Assembly: GCA_043228905.1 (NCBI GenBank)
Contig: JBHGNT010000018.1
Coordinates: 2,914,001 to 2,978,000 of the forward strand
Length of the DNA: 64,000 bases
Reading direction: 5' to 3'
Origin: Azolla caroliniana
Lineage: Eukaryota > Plantae > Polypodiophyta
In this document: positions 37,601-50,249 of the stretch, in pieces
How positions within the stretch are numbered: the stretch's first letter is position 1
Layout of the letters: each line of letters opens with the position of its first letter
Made by a program: the position numbers and the translations under genes
The notes under the pieces: generated by a model
Told to the model about the DNA's origin: nothing
What the model saw: only the letters and a program-made list of their open reading frames with translations
Database searches by the model: none

Positions 37601-40419
37601 GAACTTCAATCTCTTTTAGTTTCATAAAGGGTAGAAACTCCCATTTGGAATAAAAAAATTGCCGAAAAAATCATGTTAGCCATTGTTCATGGCAACATAG
37701 TAGTTACTCGAGTTATAGTGTATCAACAATTACTTGATACTTGCTTACGAAAATGTTTGTATGATGGAAAACTAATGTGGTACATGTATTCATCACGTTG
37801 CCATTTAGGAGTAGTAATTTGTTAGGTGGTTTCGTGGATACATATGTAAATTATGAATCATGATTAAAGACTAAAAGTAATGCTTCATTTTTTTAATGAA
37901 TTTCCAGCCTATTCTTTAAAACTGATTCACAATAGAATAGAAAATGTATTTTTTTCAATCGTATATTCTTGCTTGGATAAGTGAATGTAACATGCTTGTG
38001 CAACAGAACATAGATATACTTCAATGTGTACCATGTGATAGTTCTTGAATTACCTCAAAGTTCAATTTGTTGACATCGCTATGACCATCTTGTAAACGAA
38101 TTCTCTGCATACCAAATCACATGGATTGTTTTTCACTACTTTGTCGTATTTGTGTATTGAAGGAATGAAGTCATGATAACATCAATTGTCCTAGAGTCAA
38201 CTTAGTTCAAAGCAACATTGAACACAAATGTTTATGGCTTTGTGCGCAATAAAGTATTGTAGGTAGTTTTGTGATTGGACAATTAGCTCATCAAGATAGT
38301 AGAATCCCTATGTTGAAAGTATACATTCTAGTGCTAGAGTCATGAACCAAACTGCAATCTCAAAGGGCTTTTTTGTTTTTGCTATAGAGGTATAAAGAGC
38401 AAACTGAATGTTGTCATGACTCATGGAAATATATCGTCTATCTCGAATAATAGACATAGACATGGACTTGGTATGCATCCTAGTTCCCTTTTGACATATA
38501 AAATAACATCTTAGTTTGGGCCATACCATAAAACATTGTGTGAGAATTGACTTTTTTTCATAGATTCTAGTTTGCCTCTGTAGAACCTATGAGTAAAATA
38601 TGATAATATTGTGAACTATGGTTCAATATATTTCAGAATTGTCTCAAATATGGAAAAAGTCATTCATTTATTTGCAATTGTGAGAAAGTGATGTTGATAA
38701 TATATTTTGTAATCTCTATCTCGCTTATGGTGTTTACTTGGATTGTTCATATTGTTGTGTTCTTGCAATCAAGGAAAACATTTGGCAACATACGATGTGT
38801 GGACATGTAGATGAAACCCCTCCTAGTTTGTCCCTATATGATGCTATTTCAATATTGTTTGTAGTTAGTAGTTATGGTTCCTTGCACACCAATATCAAAT
38901 GTTTTTCCAACAAGATTTGGTATTGAAATGTCACCGACCTCTTTTGCCTCTTACAATAAGACCTTGACCCCTTTGTAATAACTTGTGCATGGATCCAATG
39001 TTGAGCTCCATGGACAATATGGACCATCCTCTATGAGGTAAATTTTTAGCAAACAAGTTTTTATTCGTATTGGCTATTTAGTCTTTTCCTCTCATTGTGC
39101 TCTTATGTTTTGAATTTATCTCACAACATTGCCAAGCACATAATTTGGCATGGTGTAGATGTTATATATAGATTTTTTCCCCTTACTTTGGGGTTTCTTT
39201 ACATTGTTAAAAAAATGGATGTTTGATTGTGTGTGTGAAAGCACCATCCTAAGTTCTACATATACTTTTCCTAGATAAATGTCTCCTAGTGAAAGTAAAA
39301 TCGTATATATTGAGAATGACTAGCGATCCATGATACAAATTTGTACATTTTACTAACTAAAGTATATTCAATGGCTATCCTTGATCACAAAGGTGTATAT
39401 TGAGAAGTTGTCAAAAGAATTAAGAGTTAAGAATGTTATACAAGTTTTGTGATGTATATCCATGTCTTTTGACGATGATTTCAATGTAATTTTGTTTTGG
39501 GGAAAATCACTAGGGGCACTTACGAGAATGGTATTATATGAGGCAAAATATATGTAAACTTCTAAAAAGAAGCGTATAAAATGGTCCTATGAATGGAATG
39601 AACCAAAATGGTCATTCTATGTTTTGTAAACCACCAAGTGAATATATTAATAGGCGATGCATTTCTCCCTTTCTAGATACTTCGGTTTTGAATGCATATT
39701 ATTGAGTAAGTGCGTGAATGAGTAGCTATATGTGACAAGAAAATATATATAAAGAGACTAAGAGTTATGGTTGCCCTATGGATGCATGCATAGTCAAAGT
39801 AAGTCACTCATTCAAGTGGTCCTATTGGACTTATGATTATATGATTATATGCATCGGGTTCATGTTGAACCTATTAAGCAAAAACAAAGTTCCAACACGA
39901 AAAGTAGACCGAAAAAGCGAGGAAATGGTTCCGTAAATATTTTGTAAAGCTACAACATGAGAATTCGGCGTAAATCATGTGCCTTTAAATAGAGTTGTGG
40001 CTATTAGTGTAGGTGGTCATTAGCAAGCAAGGCACAAAGAGTGAATATCTTTACTAACTTCCTATTAGCTTAATATGCTTAAGATACAATACCTGTGATT
40101 ATTGAATGCCATAGATCGTTCTATCATTAGCTAAACTCTTGTGGATTATTAAGCTTTAGGTACCAAACACGGTATTCAGTGTGTACTATTGAGCACCAAA
40201 GTTATATCGAATGCCATATCAGTTGGATCATTGGGCTCTTATGAAAATTCTACTTTATCGCATGAATGATTAAGCTATCAAGTTGAAATACCCATATCCA
40301 ATATCGAACCATTAAGCTCCTCCTACAACTAATATTCATTATTCGTAAACTAGGGCCTAAGAGGATTGGGCAGATCAAAGGCTTCACAATTATGCAGGAT
40401 ACCTAGGAAATTAGGCTCT

Positions 40420-40519
40420 ACACATACACATACACACATACACACATACACATACACACATACACACATACACATACACACATACACACATACACATACA
40501 CACATACACACATACACAC

Positions 40520-40598
<79 letters not shown>

Positions 40599-40600
40599 TA
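40420..40600. repeat. (CACATA)n microsatellite
   Basis: Directly visible, about 85 bp upstream of the ORF at 40684. Confidence 0.95.
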
Positions 40601-40683
40601 TTACATATTACATATATACAAGTTTTACAAGTAAATCAATATTATCAGGGCTTGGAACTGATTGATATCTTTGATTAGGAGTT

Positions 40684-42306
40684 ATGTTGGTGCATGATTC
40701 AATCAAGACCATTGTAGATGGTGTGTGGAGGAGGAAGTGGGAGATATACTATGGAATTGGCATAGTTTCCCTTTTGGGAAACCTGATTGCTTTGTTCATG
40801 AGAGCCTTAGATGTGAATATCTTGAGTTTGAATCATGTTTGTGCAATCACAAGATGTGTTGTGTCAAAGCTAGAGGAGGTTGTGGTGGTTTTCCATAGCT
40901 TCATTGTACCCAATGTGGTGGTTTTCCATGGCTTCATTTTGAGCCATGTAGTGGTTTTGTGCGAGCTAATGACAAAGAGGGGTGTGCTTTTCCTCATCTT
41001 CAATCTCATCTTGGTGGTTTTGATGATCAAATCAGGCCTTCTCAACAAGACTCTGTCCCATATCATCACCTCCTCTTCCCAATCTCAAGAGTTTCCCAAT
41101 TGGGAAACATCGCTCATGGGTGGTGCCAATCCTATTGGCCACCCCAACCCATCCTCAACTCACCCTTTACTTTGTAGCTCCACCACCCATCCTTCGGAAG
41201 ATCAGAATCGCCCATCTCAGATTTGGCTTCATCCAACCCATCGTTCTCAAGATCTCCACCGCCCATCTCTAGCTTTGCCCGATTTAGCCCATCCCTATAC
41301 CTTTCCCGTTAAGGAAACCTCCAAATGTCCGGGCAATAATCCTACAAGCCCATCCCACGGCGATGGCCCATCGCGAATTACCTCCGGTACAATAGAAGTA
41401 TGCCACGTGGCAGGTCATGAAGTGGCCCTAATCCACCGTGGGTCTTCCCAGCAAGCTGACGTGGCCAATCTTCGTCCACTCGTTCGTTGCCAAGTGGATG
41501 CCATTGTGGCCACTCGTGAAAGCTCGCAACATGGACCACTCATAAGTGGTTGCCAAGTGGACACCTTTGTTGCCACTCATGAAATCCCACAACATGGACA
41601 ATCCCATGGATGCCAAGTGGCCAACGTTGTCCCTATTTATGAGATCACGCAACAAGAACCAGTGGTTGCTTGCCAAGTGGACAACACCCTCGGTACTAGC
41701 CCGAAACATGAACTAAGTCTTGCATGCCAAGTGGAGCCGAAGGACGCCCCAACTCATGAGTTGATACAAGATAGACCAAGCATTGCTTGCCAAGTGGCAG
41801 AAAACAACTTGGTACCTCCTTCCCTAACATTGCATACACCAATAACTAGGTGCCAAGTGGACAACAAGGATATGAGCCATGAGTTAACACAACATCGACA
41901 AATCATTCCAAGCCAAACACCCAACGTCGTTGGCAGAACTCATGGGTCTAGACCGCGTGGACAAATTGGAGGGAGTTATGGAGAAAAGAGAAAGTCTTCC
42001 AAATTAAGCTTATTCACCATAGAGCCCCTAGAGGAAACTGAGGACAAAGACAAAGTCATGGAAGCATCGATGGATAGTGCTTGTGTTCGTCGTGATGGAA
42101 ATGAGATGGCACACCTAGAATTACAAGAGACATGTGGAGATAATGAGTTGGAGTTTAAGGAAAGGATCGATAACTTTATCTCGAAGTTCAAGAGGAGTCT
42201 CACTATACAAAGGCAAGAGTCTCTCACTCGTCTCCTTGCACTCGTGGGAGCATGCCCCCCTCCCCGTCCTAAATTGTCCTTTGTACACAAAACCTCCCGT
42301 GAATAG
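40684..42306 (+). CDS. Intronless DUF4408/DUF761 (cotton-fibre-expressed-like) membrane-anchored protein, 540 aa, with internal CQV repeats
   Basis: Long ORF in AT-rich DNA. Hydrophobic LFLIFNLILVVLMIKSGLL is DUF4408-like. C-terminal EFKERIDNFISKFKRSLTIQRQES is DUF761-like. Confidence 0.75.
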   Translation: MLVHDSIKTIVDGVWRRKWEIYYGIGIVSLLGNLIALFMRALDVNILSLNHVCAITRCVVSKLEEVVVVFHSFIVPNVVVFHGFILSHVVVLCELMTKRGVLFLIFNLILVVLMIKSGLLNKTLSHIITSSSQSQEFPNWETSLMGGANPIGHPNPSSTHPLLCSSTTHPSEDQNRPSQIWLHPTHRSQDLHRPSLALPDLAHPYTFPVKETSKCPGNNPTSPSHGDGPSRITSGTIEVCHVAGHEVALIHRGSSQQADVANLRPLVRCQVDAIVATRESSQHGPLISGCQVDTFVATHEIPQHGQSHGCQVANVVPIYEITQQEPVVACQVDNTLGTSPKHELSLACQVEPKDAPTHELIQDRPSIACQVAENNLVPPSLTLHTPITRCQVDNKDMSHELTQHRQIIPSQTPNVVGRTHGSRPRGQIGGSYGEKRKSSKLSLFTIEPLEETEDKDKVMEASMDSACVRRDGNEMAHLELQETCGDNELEFKERIDNFISKFKRSLTIQRQESLTRLLALVGACPPPRPKLSFVHKTSRE

Positions 42307-43327
42307 CGTCAATGCATATCTTATTTAAGTATTCCACTTGCTCTAGTTCCAACACCACCATGACATTGTAGGTCTATCACAAAATAATCATCATTAGTTA
42401 TAGAGAAAATTGTTTGTATCACATATGATCCCATTTTCCTTAAACCTTCGCAAACATTCTAGAGAGTAATGAAAACTAATGGATACATGCTCGTTGGTTG
42501 TTTGGAAAACCATAATGTAATAAAACGGGAAAAGTAAACATACTAAATTAGGCCATAGAGCTATTTTTTGCCTAATAGGGACTATTGCTTAGGTAGACAT
42601 TGAAAGCAAAATAGGATTGATCTGCCATGTAATATATTTAAGTTGCCCAAGTGGCACAATTGTAGCTACATACTAGTGTAATATAAATCCATTACTTTCC
42701 TAGTGTAATCTAATTATGTTGTAATCTATGTTGAATTGTGTTAATCTCAAGTATTTGACTCCCACTCCTGGTCTTATCACACATTGTCTAGTCTATGCAA
42801 GATGTGTGCATGAGGTCATAGGCAAATGTTGAGCACCAAATTTGTTTTGAGGAAATGTTGTTCCGAGTGTCATGACATGCCCTTGTATAGTATATGTGTC
42901 TTAACTCATCATAATTAATAGTGGCTATCAGTTTATATGTGTGGAGTAAGGAGAAAGCAATAACCATTAAGATAAGATGAACAAAACATCAAACCTACCA
43001 TCCTAATGCCCAATATATCGAGCCCTTTTGCAAACCATAACCTCTACAATTGCATCACCATGTTTCTAAAATTATGTTAGATTTTCATTGAGATGTCTTG
43101 GTCATTCTCTGAACTATGATATATAAAGATAGTAGCTTTACATTATGTTTGAACACGCCATCTCTTGTTAGTATTAGTCACCTTTCAAATTTGTGGTGTG
43201 AAAATAACAATTGTGTCAATTTCATACGCCTTGCTTTAGGGGCAAACTACTTTTGTGCATGAAATTGTACTAGACATTTTATAATAAACACAACCCCGGC
43301 CCTCAATGGTCAATTTTTGAACCCATA

Positions 43328-43522
43328 ACCCTAATGGTGGGTTCTTTATTTATAAATTGTTACAATGACCCTTTACAAAATCATATTGTTGTCGTTGATC
43401 AATCTCTCTTTATAAAACATTTCCCAGAACCCTAATGGTGGGCTCTTTACATTTATACATTGTTACAATGATCCTCTACAAAATCATATTGTTCTCATTG
43501 ATCAATCCCTCTTTTCAAAAAC
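43328..43522. repeat. About 100-bp tandem duplication
   Basis: AACCCTAATGGTGGG...ATTGTTACAATGA...ACAAAATCATATTGTT...TTGATCAATC occurs twice. Confidence 0.85.
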
Positions 43523-44319
43523 CTGGTTTCTCTTTCCCTCACACAACTGACACTCTCGTTGTTTTTATTTTGCTATGTCAATGTTGAAATTGCAAAACCC
43601 ATGGCATCACTATTTCGATTCATTAAGTGGATGATGAAATAGAGTGAACATATGTTGATGAGTTGAATTCTCGTCAATTGTATACAAGTCTTCATAGGGT
43701 ATGTAGGGAATTCCAAAGACAACAAGCATCACTATCAAATATTCTAGTGAGTATCATATGCTAGCAAAATGCTATGAAAAATGTTGAGAATATAAAGGAC
43801 AACGGGCAATTTGAGCCTCCAACTTGCCATGGATCGAAGCTCAACGAGTATATTTTCATTCCACATTGCTACAACATGTGGTGAGTTAATGATACAAATT
43901 CTACTTTTCCACTTGCCCCTCATCTCCTGGATTCACTTTTAACTCCTTTTGACCACACATTTTTAGGGGTTTCACGGAATTCAATCTTTATTGTCTTCAA
44001 ATTGGCCACTTGCCACTAGATTAAAGTTTGTGAAGAGTCATATTCATGCCATTTTATATGGTGGTTAAATTCTTTGTTGACAAAATTGTTCGATGACTAA
44101 ATATCTTGTTGTGGGACAATAGGTGTAGATGCCAAAATTAATGGGAAGTGTAGTTATCTTAAATATGATAGAAAGCCTTGATTAGATTAAATGCTTTATT
44201 TGAAGCAACAATACCTTAATTAGCATAATCAGTACTTTTTTTCTTTTTTTTCTTTTTTTTCTTTTTTTTTTCCAAAAAAAACACTCCTTCCATTAGTTAT
44301 AAAATTTTACAAATGAGAC

Positions 44320-47300
44320 GATTATGTACAAATCCCTAAAGGGACGCGATAGTTCCATCTAATGTGGAAGCCCACTGACTCAAGAAAGGGAGAGGACGAC
44401 CATTGTTGGATGAAGGCTATGCGTTGTCTTTCAACTCCCTCGGAGCCACCTTTAAGGCCATCATATTGGCTCTTCAGAGTGGCTACAATTTCACTCCATA
44501 TCTCTTGCAGTAACCTTGTTGGATGGGTGGTTTGGTTGGAGAAGACTCGCCTACATCATTGTTTCCATAGAATCCAATGGGTTATTGGGCTAACCAATTC
44601 CAACACCTCTTGAGATTTGTCATTAAGAGGAATATAGTGGACATTGCCGCTGGAGGAGAAAAGAACCTCTTGTGCTTTTCTCACCAAAGTCATCCCCTCA
44701 TCCTGATGCTCGTATCGGCCAATTGCAGCATGCCATGATAGCCAACATATATTTCCCCACTTGATTGAACCTTGCACCTGGCATAATTGCAACAAGCGGC
44801 CAACCCCCCGCCATATTCTATGGGACGTTGGGCAGTCCCACAAAGCGTGTCGTATGGATTCTACTGCATGTGGGCACTCTACACAATTAGGAGAGCTAAG
44901 GTTCCCACGTTGCCATGCTCCCACCGGTAGGGACTTATGTATTAACAGCCATTGGAAAGTGGTAATTCGCCTCGCGTGTTGTTGCTTCCAGATTTTCTGC
45001 CAAAACTTGGTGATTATTGCGGAGGGAACTTGAAATGTGTACCAGACCTTCGCAACAGCCGGTTCTCGGGCGGCTTGAGCAACTAGAATGTGGCGACCCA
45101 ATCTAGTTGTGAATTGGAAGAAAGGGATGGGTTTGCTTCCTTGCCCCACATAGGGATCACGCCATGTCCATTGCAAAGGGTCCCAATTGACCTTACGTAG
45201 CCATGTGTTTTCATGAGTACATATATGCCAATCGGGTTGTACTTTGATCGGATCAGGATCTACAATCCATTTATGACCAGTGTACGCGAGTACTCGAATG
45301 GTGTTATTCTGTGTGGGTGTCTCAGTATCTCGCAATTCATGGCCTTCGAGCCTGTCTGGTGATCCCCAACCTCTCGGGATCAGAGAACCCTCCTCCTCGT
45401 GTCCTATCCATTTCTCCATTGTCGTCCTTTGAGTAGCAGATTCCCTAATCAGTAGCGCGTTAATGATTTCCGATCTCATAGTCCATCCGCCCCTGATTCC
45501 ATGGAGTATGTTCGCTTGATCTTGTAGTGGCATTGACATAAACCGTCGCCAACATTCTATACTTTTGCCTGGACCTTCTGCAATGTATCCCCATGACAAC
45601 CCCTTCCGTGATCCCAGTAGTTGATTATATTCATCCTTGAGACATGGGTTCCATAGGATACGTTGACTGAGCCAGGTAGGTTCGGATCTCGGTTGATCAC
45701 ACTGGAGCCCTCGACGAATGTCACACCATGCCTTCCACATGGATGCACTGAATCTGTCCTCCAAATGGCGGGAGAAACTAGGTTTGAGATCCATGTTTAG
45801 AATCCATCCCGTTTGGGGGGCCCAATTGACCCTTTTTCGTGGCCTAAAGTAAGTGAAACGTAACCTCAGTAGCATTTTCAAACAATCATTTCCTGGTTGG
45901 AGTCCTCGCACCACGAATTTGGCAAGTAAGGCTTTCGATTGTGAAAGGGGATCAATAAGACCCAATCCCCCTCTCGACTTAGGCGTTGTGAGTATAGGCC
46001 ACGCCACCTTGGTGCGAGCTACATGGTCTTCCTTACCAGACCAAATGTAGTTGCAGACCAGTCGTTGAATTTGTGTATACTTTCCTTGGAGATTGTCCAA
46101 CATGATAGACTGTACCATGTTGTTGCGAGGAGTACCTGATTTGCCACTATGATGCGACCTGCTAGAGACAATTTTTTAGAGCTCCAATGTATCAACTTTT
46201 CTTGAATGGAAAGGATAACGGGTGCAATCATAATCTCCGGTGGTATGTTGAAGCCAATTTGGAAGCCCAAATATTTGGTGCTCGCTCCTTGATTGATCCA
46301 CTTGAAAGCGGGGTGTGGGTGCCACGCCGGAAGTGTTTCCTGAGAAAGCCATATTGCACAGGATTTGTGCCAATTGATCATGGTGTTGGATCGCTTGCAA
46401 AATAAAACTAGCCCACTTTCTAGCTTTTGGAGGTTTTCCAGGTCCCCTTGCAGGTAGACTGCTGTGTCATCTGCAAATTCTATATCCAGGATGCTTTGGT
46501 AAGAATGAGGTATGGGAAGACCACGTAGGTTGAGATGCCGCGAGTTGAGAAAGCAAGAGAGTGCTTCGGCGTATAATAGAAATAAGGATGGAGCTAGTGG
46601 GCATCCCTACCGTTGTCGTAGTGTAGGTTGCACACTATGTGGAAATTATATTGGAACCACCGACTCACGCAAACGATCCGGAGCCGAAAGGCACGACACC
46701 GTACCGAGTGGAATATTCGGAAAAAGGGGCCCCTTTCACATGCCAGCGAAACGCAACTGCTGCCATTCCTATAAAATCCTGCAATGCCTTTGATCCATGT
46801 CTCTTGAAAGCCGAGTTTCCTCATCACACTTTCTAGAAAGTTCCAGCATACCCTATCATAGGCTTTCTCAAAATCTAGTAGCACCACCGCTACCTTCTTG
46901 TTGGTCTGCTTGGCAAGGGCTACTGCTTCCCAAAATGAGAAGAGGTTGTCTAGGATGCTCCGATTTCTAACGAAACCTGTCTGTGATGGATGAATGAGTT
47001 GAGAGGGAAGTGGAGTTAAACGGCGTGCCACGATTTTTGCGAACAACTTATAGACAGTATTGAGAAGAGTAATGGGCCGCCACTTGTGAATGTCGTTGGC
47101 ATTCCCACCACTTTTAGGAATGAGATGTATCATCCCCTGTCCAAATTCCTCCAGCATGCTTCCAGAGGTGATGATCTCCTCATATGCCTGGAGGAGGTCT
47201 TCTTTAATAGTGCCCCAAAGGCATGTGAAAAAGTGCAGGGTGAGATCGTCAATTCCAGGGCAGCTCTCGGCATCTAAATCAGTGAGGGCCTCCCATATCT

Positions 47301-48708
47301 CAATGATTGATAGGGGACACACAAGCCAAGTATTCATTTCCGGTGTGACTTTCTTGGGTATGCTTTGGAGGATAATATCATCGCTTATGTCTTCCCCTGT
47401 AGCTATCATGTCTTCGGTAAGTAGGCGGCTATAATACCTTGTAGCAATATTCCTCATTTCGTCGCCATCCTCAGTGGTTGTTCCATCCTCCCGGTTGAGG
47501 TTGTGCATCACAGTTCTAGCGTGCCTCGGGCCTTTGGAGCGGAAGAATTCCTTTGTGGTTTTGTCCCCTACTCGAATCCATCGCGCCATGCTGCCATGAA
47601 ACTCCATGTCATATATTGCCTTTTCTGCCATGCTAAGTTCCTGTTTGGCCGTGGCGACTTGTCCTGCGATCCAACTACAGGATGGGTATCTCTGTTGGAG
47701 TCTTTGTAAGGCTATTAGTCCCCGTTTTGTCCTCTGTCGCTTCTCCTGAGCATCCTTGCGTCTAGTCTTGACAATCTCATGTAGGAGAGTAGAGGCTCTT
47801 GTTAATTTAGCTAAAAGTTTGTCCGATGCTGATGAGCCATTGACGGGTAATGACGATTGGTTGGATAGTTGGTCCTTCACGTCTATAAGTGTGTAAATAG
47901 TGTGTGGGATGCGAGTCTGGAATGGGCCCCATTTTCGATGCAATTGAAAATGACCAGCTATCGGGTAATGGTCAGAGAAAGTCGTGCCTGGAGTTATGTG
48001 ACACCACCCTCCCTTCGCTTCTAAAGCCTCCCCCACATAAATGCAGTCAATGCGAGATAGGGTGGGTCCACTATTCCGCCCGTCTGATCGGGAGAATAGG
48101 AGAGAGTCCCTTTTCCATTGGAAGTTGGCAGAATGCCAGATGTCTCGCAGGTTAAGGTGGACACATAGCTTCTCCCATTGTTTGCGTTCCCTTCCTTGTA
48201 GAACTATGGGATTGTTGTTGGAGCTATCATGAATGGATTCGATCATATTAAAATCCCCTCCAATGCACCACTCTTCCGCACCCACTACTTGTAGGCGGAT
48301 GCGGTCCCAGAATGTTGCTCTTTCTGTTCTGTTATTTGGAGCATAAACATTCATGAAGTTCCATCGTTGCCCTTGGATGGTTAGCGTGCAAAAATGTGCC
48401 CTACCAGGTATAAGTGATTCTTGGTGTATTAAGCCTTGGGCTAGACGTTCCCGAATGAAAGTGCAAATACCACCATGATTTCCATCCTCCCCAATTGCTG
48501 GCTCCCAAATCGTTCGCCATGATCCCGGTAGAAGGTCTCCAACTTCCTTTAACTGTGTGCTATCGAGGTGGTGTTCCTGCAACATGATGATGTCAGCACC
48601 ACTCCCTAGTAAATGTTCTTCAAGATCCCTTCTCAGTTTCCATCTATTTTGCTGGTCTAGTCTACTTCTGAGTCCTTGCACGTTCCATGTTATAATCTTC
48701 ATACTCAT
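44320..48708 (-). pseudogene. LINE ORF2 (endonuclease, RT, zf-RVT), disrupted
   Basis: Starts MSMKIITWNVQG at 48708. Broken by an 85-bp insertion (46614-46698), stops, and a frameshift near 46075. 3' end approximate. Confidence 0.9.
46614..46698. mobile_element. 85-bp miniature solo-LTR-like insertion
   Basis: TGTCGT...ACGACA perfect 6-bp inverted termini flanked by CCGT direct repeats. Excision restores the RT motif SVR(Q/*)GCPL. Confidence 0.85.
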
Positions 48709-49688
48709 GGAATGGGGTGGGAGGTTGCTAGTTGTGCCTGGTGCTTTGTACAATAGGTCATGAGTGGGGAGCACTCACCATTTAGACATCCAGTCATTTC
48801 CAGGGATGGAATAGTGGTCCACATCCACGAGTGGAGTTTGTGGGCTATCTTGTGGGCTTCAATCGCCCCTTCATGCTTCTCATAGAAATAGACAAAGCTT
48901 GGAGTTAGTTGGGTGTTTATGATAGTCTGCAGGTGGATGTGGCAAAGATGGGGGTCCTCTTCATCCATGGTGCACCAGAATTCAGTGTTATGCCAATGTT
49001 GCTTTAGTTCATTCATGAGCTCTTCATCTCTTATTTGTGCTACAAAGCACGCTGCTTGGCTACATAACATATCTTTAATCTTGGATTTCGACCAATCTTC
49101 CTGAGTCAGAAGCAAGAGTGGAAAGGAGATTGAGGTCGTCGGAACTCCGTTATTGTGCACCGCTGATACATGTACCCTTATTTTTTCCATTGCCTTGAGC
49201 CCTATACCTAGCCATTTCAAGGCGTTTTGTGGGTGTGGTTCAAGGTCTTGGCTAGAGGAAGCACACTCATTTGTGTCCGGGACGACTATGATTTGAGGCG
49301 TGACATTCACACTTCTGCCTTGGGTTGTTGCTTTTGCATTGGGTGTCGTTCCACTCAAGCTCCTTATTAGGGTCTTTACATGACTTATTCGTCTGCGTTT
49401 CCCTATTTTGTAAGCTTTAACGAGAACTTTCTCATGGGTGCTTGGTGTCACCTTAGGTCGTTCCTTGGGGCTTACGAAAGAACTAGGGGAATGCTCATCT
49501 GTGGGGGGGAGCTCTTGTAGTAGATCAAAGCGATTGGGGCTCATAGGCGATGGAGGATTTTGTGCCGGTGATGTTTTTCGAAGGACATGGGTTTTTTCCA
49601 CCACTCGCCATTCCATCACAACCTTGTCGGGTCGTGGTGGGGGAGGCGCTCCGGCTCCGGCTCCTGCTCCTGCTCCTGCTCCCATCAC
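48705..49688 (-). pseudogene. LINE ORF1, C-terminal portion, truncated
   Basis: 327-aa open frame directly upstream of ORF2; low-complexity P/S/T-rich with an NRFDLL motif; stop overlaps the ORF2 ATG. Confidence 0.7.
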
Positions 49689-50249
49689 TTTAATTCACAT
49701 AAGTAATTTTATTGGCACAATAAATAGATTAAGTGGCACAATCAATGCTTTAGCTACTGCTATCAATGGTCTTAGATGAGTCATGCATGTTGTGTTTGTC
49801 TAACAAGGTCTTGGATAGTCGTACATGCATCAAATGGGCATGAGTCATGAATGGTCATTAGGATTGTCATTGATGGTTCATACATGGTAAGTGATGGGGG
49901 TTCCATGATGGATGGTTAATAGATGTGTTATGAATGAGCATTTATGGGTCTTCTAGGTGACATTGACCAAATAAAAAAAGCTTTATTAAGAATTGCTAGT
50001 GACTTGAGAGCATCAAAATCTTGACAACATTGGAAACTAGTATGTTGGTGACAACATTTACCTAATTGTTGGGTTGCTCTCATTTATTGTATAAAATCAA
50101 GCTTTGACAATACTCTATGGACAAAACTAGAATACCGATAGTGAAGTGGATATTTGATCATCCCTTATTTTGTATACATAACTTTGTATAGAATATTGAT
50201 TCAAAGATAGTCTTTACTTCAGCTATTTTCGAGACGACTACTAAATGTT

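Larger units (their letters stand above)
44236..49688 (-). mobile_element. L1-type LINE, 5' truncated, with poly(A) tail
   Basis: T-rich tract at 44236-44271 is the poly(A) tail. ORF1 C-terminal part, then ORF2 with APE endonuclease (ITWNVQGL, LQE, NVYAP, GGDFN, SDH), RT (WRPITLLN, DFEKAYD, GCPL, FADD, KYLG) and a C-terminal CCHC (CVEC...H..WDC). Confidence 0.95.

Noticed and set aside
40366-40665. His/Thr-repeat ORF
   Set aside because: Translation of the (CACATA)n microsatellite.
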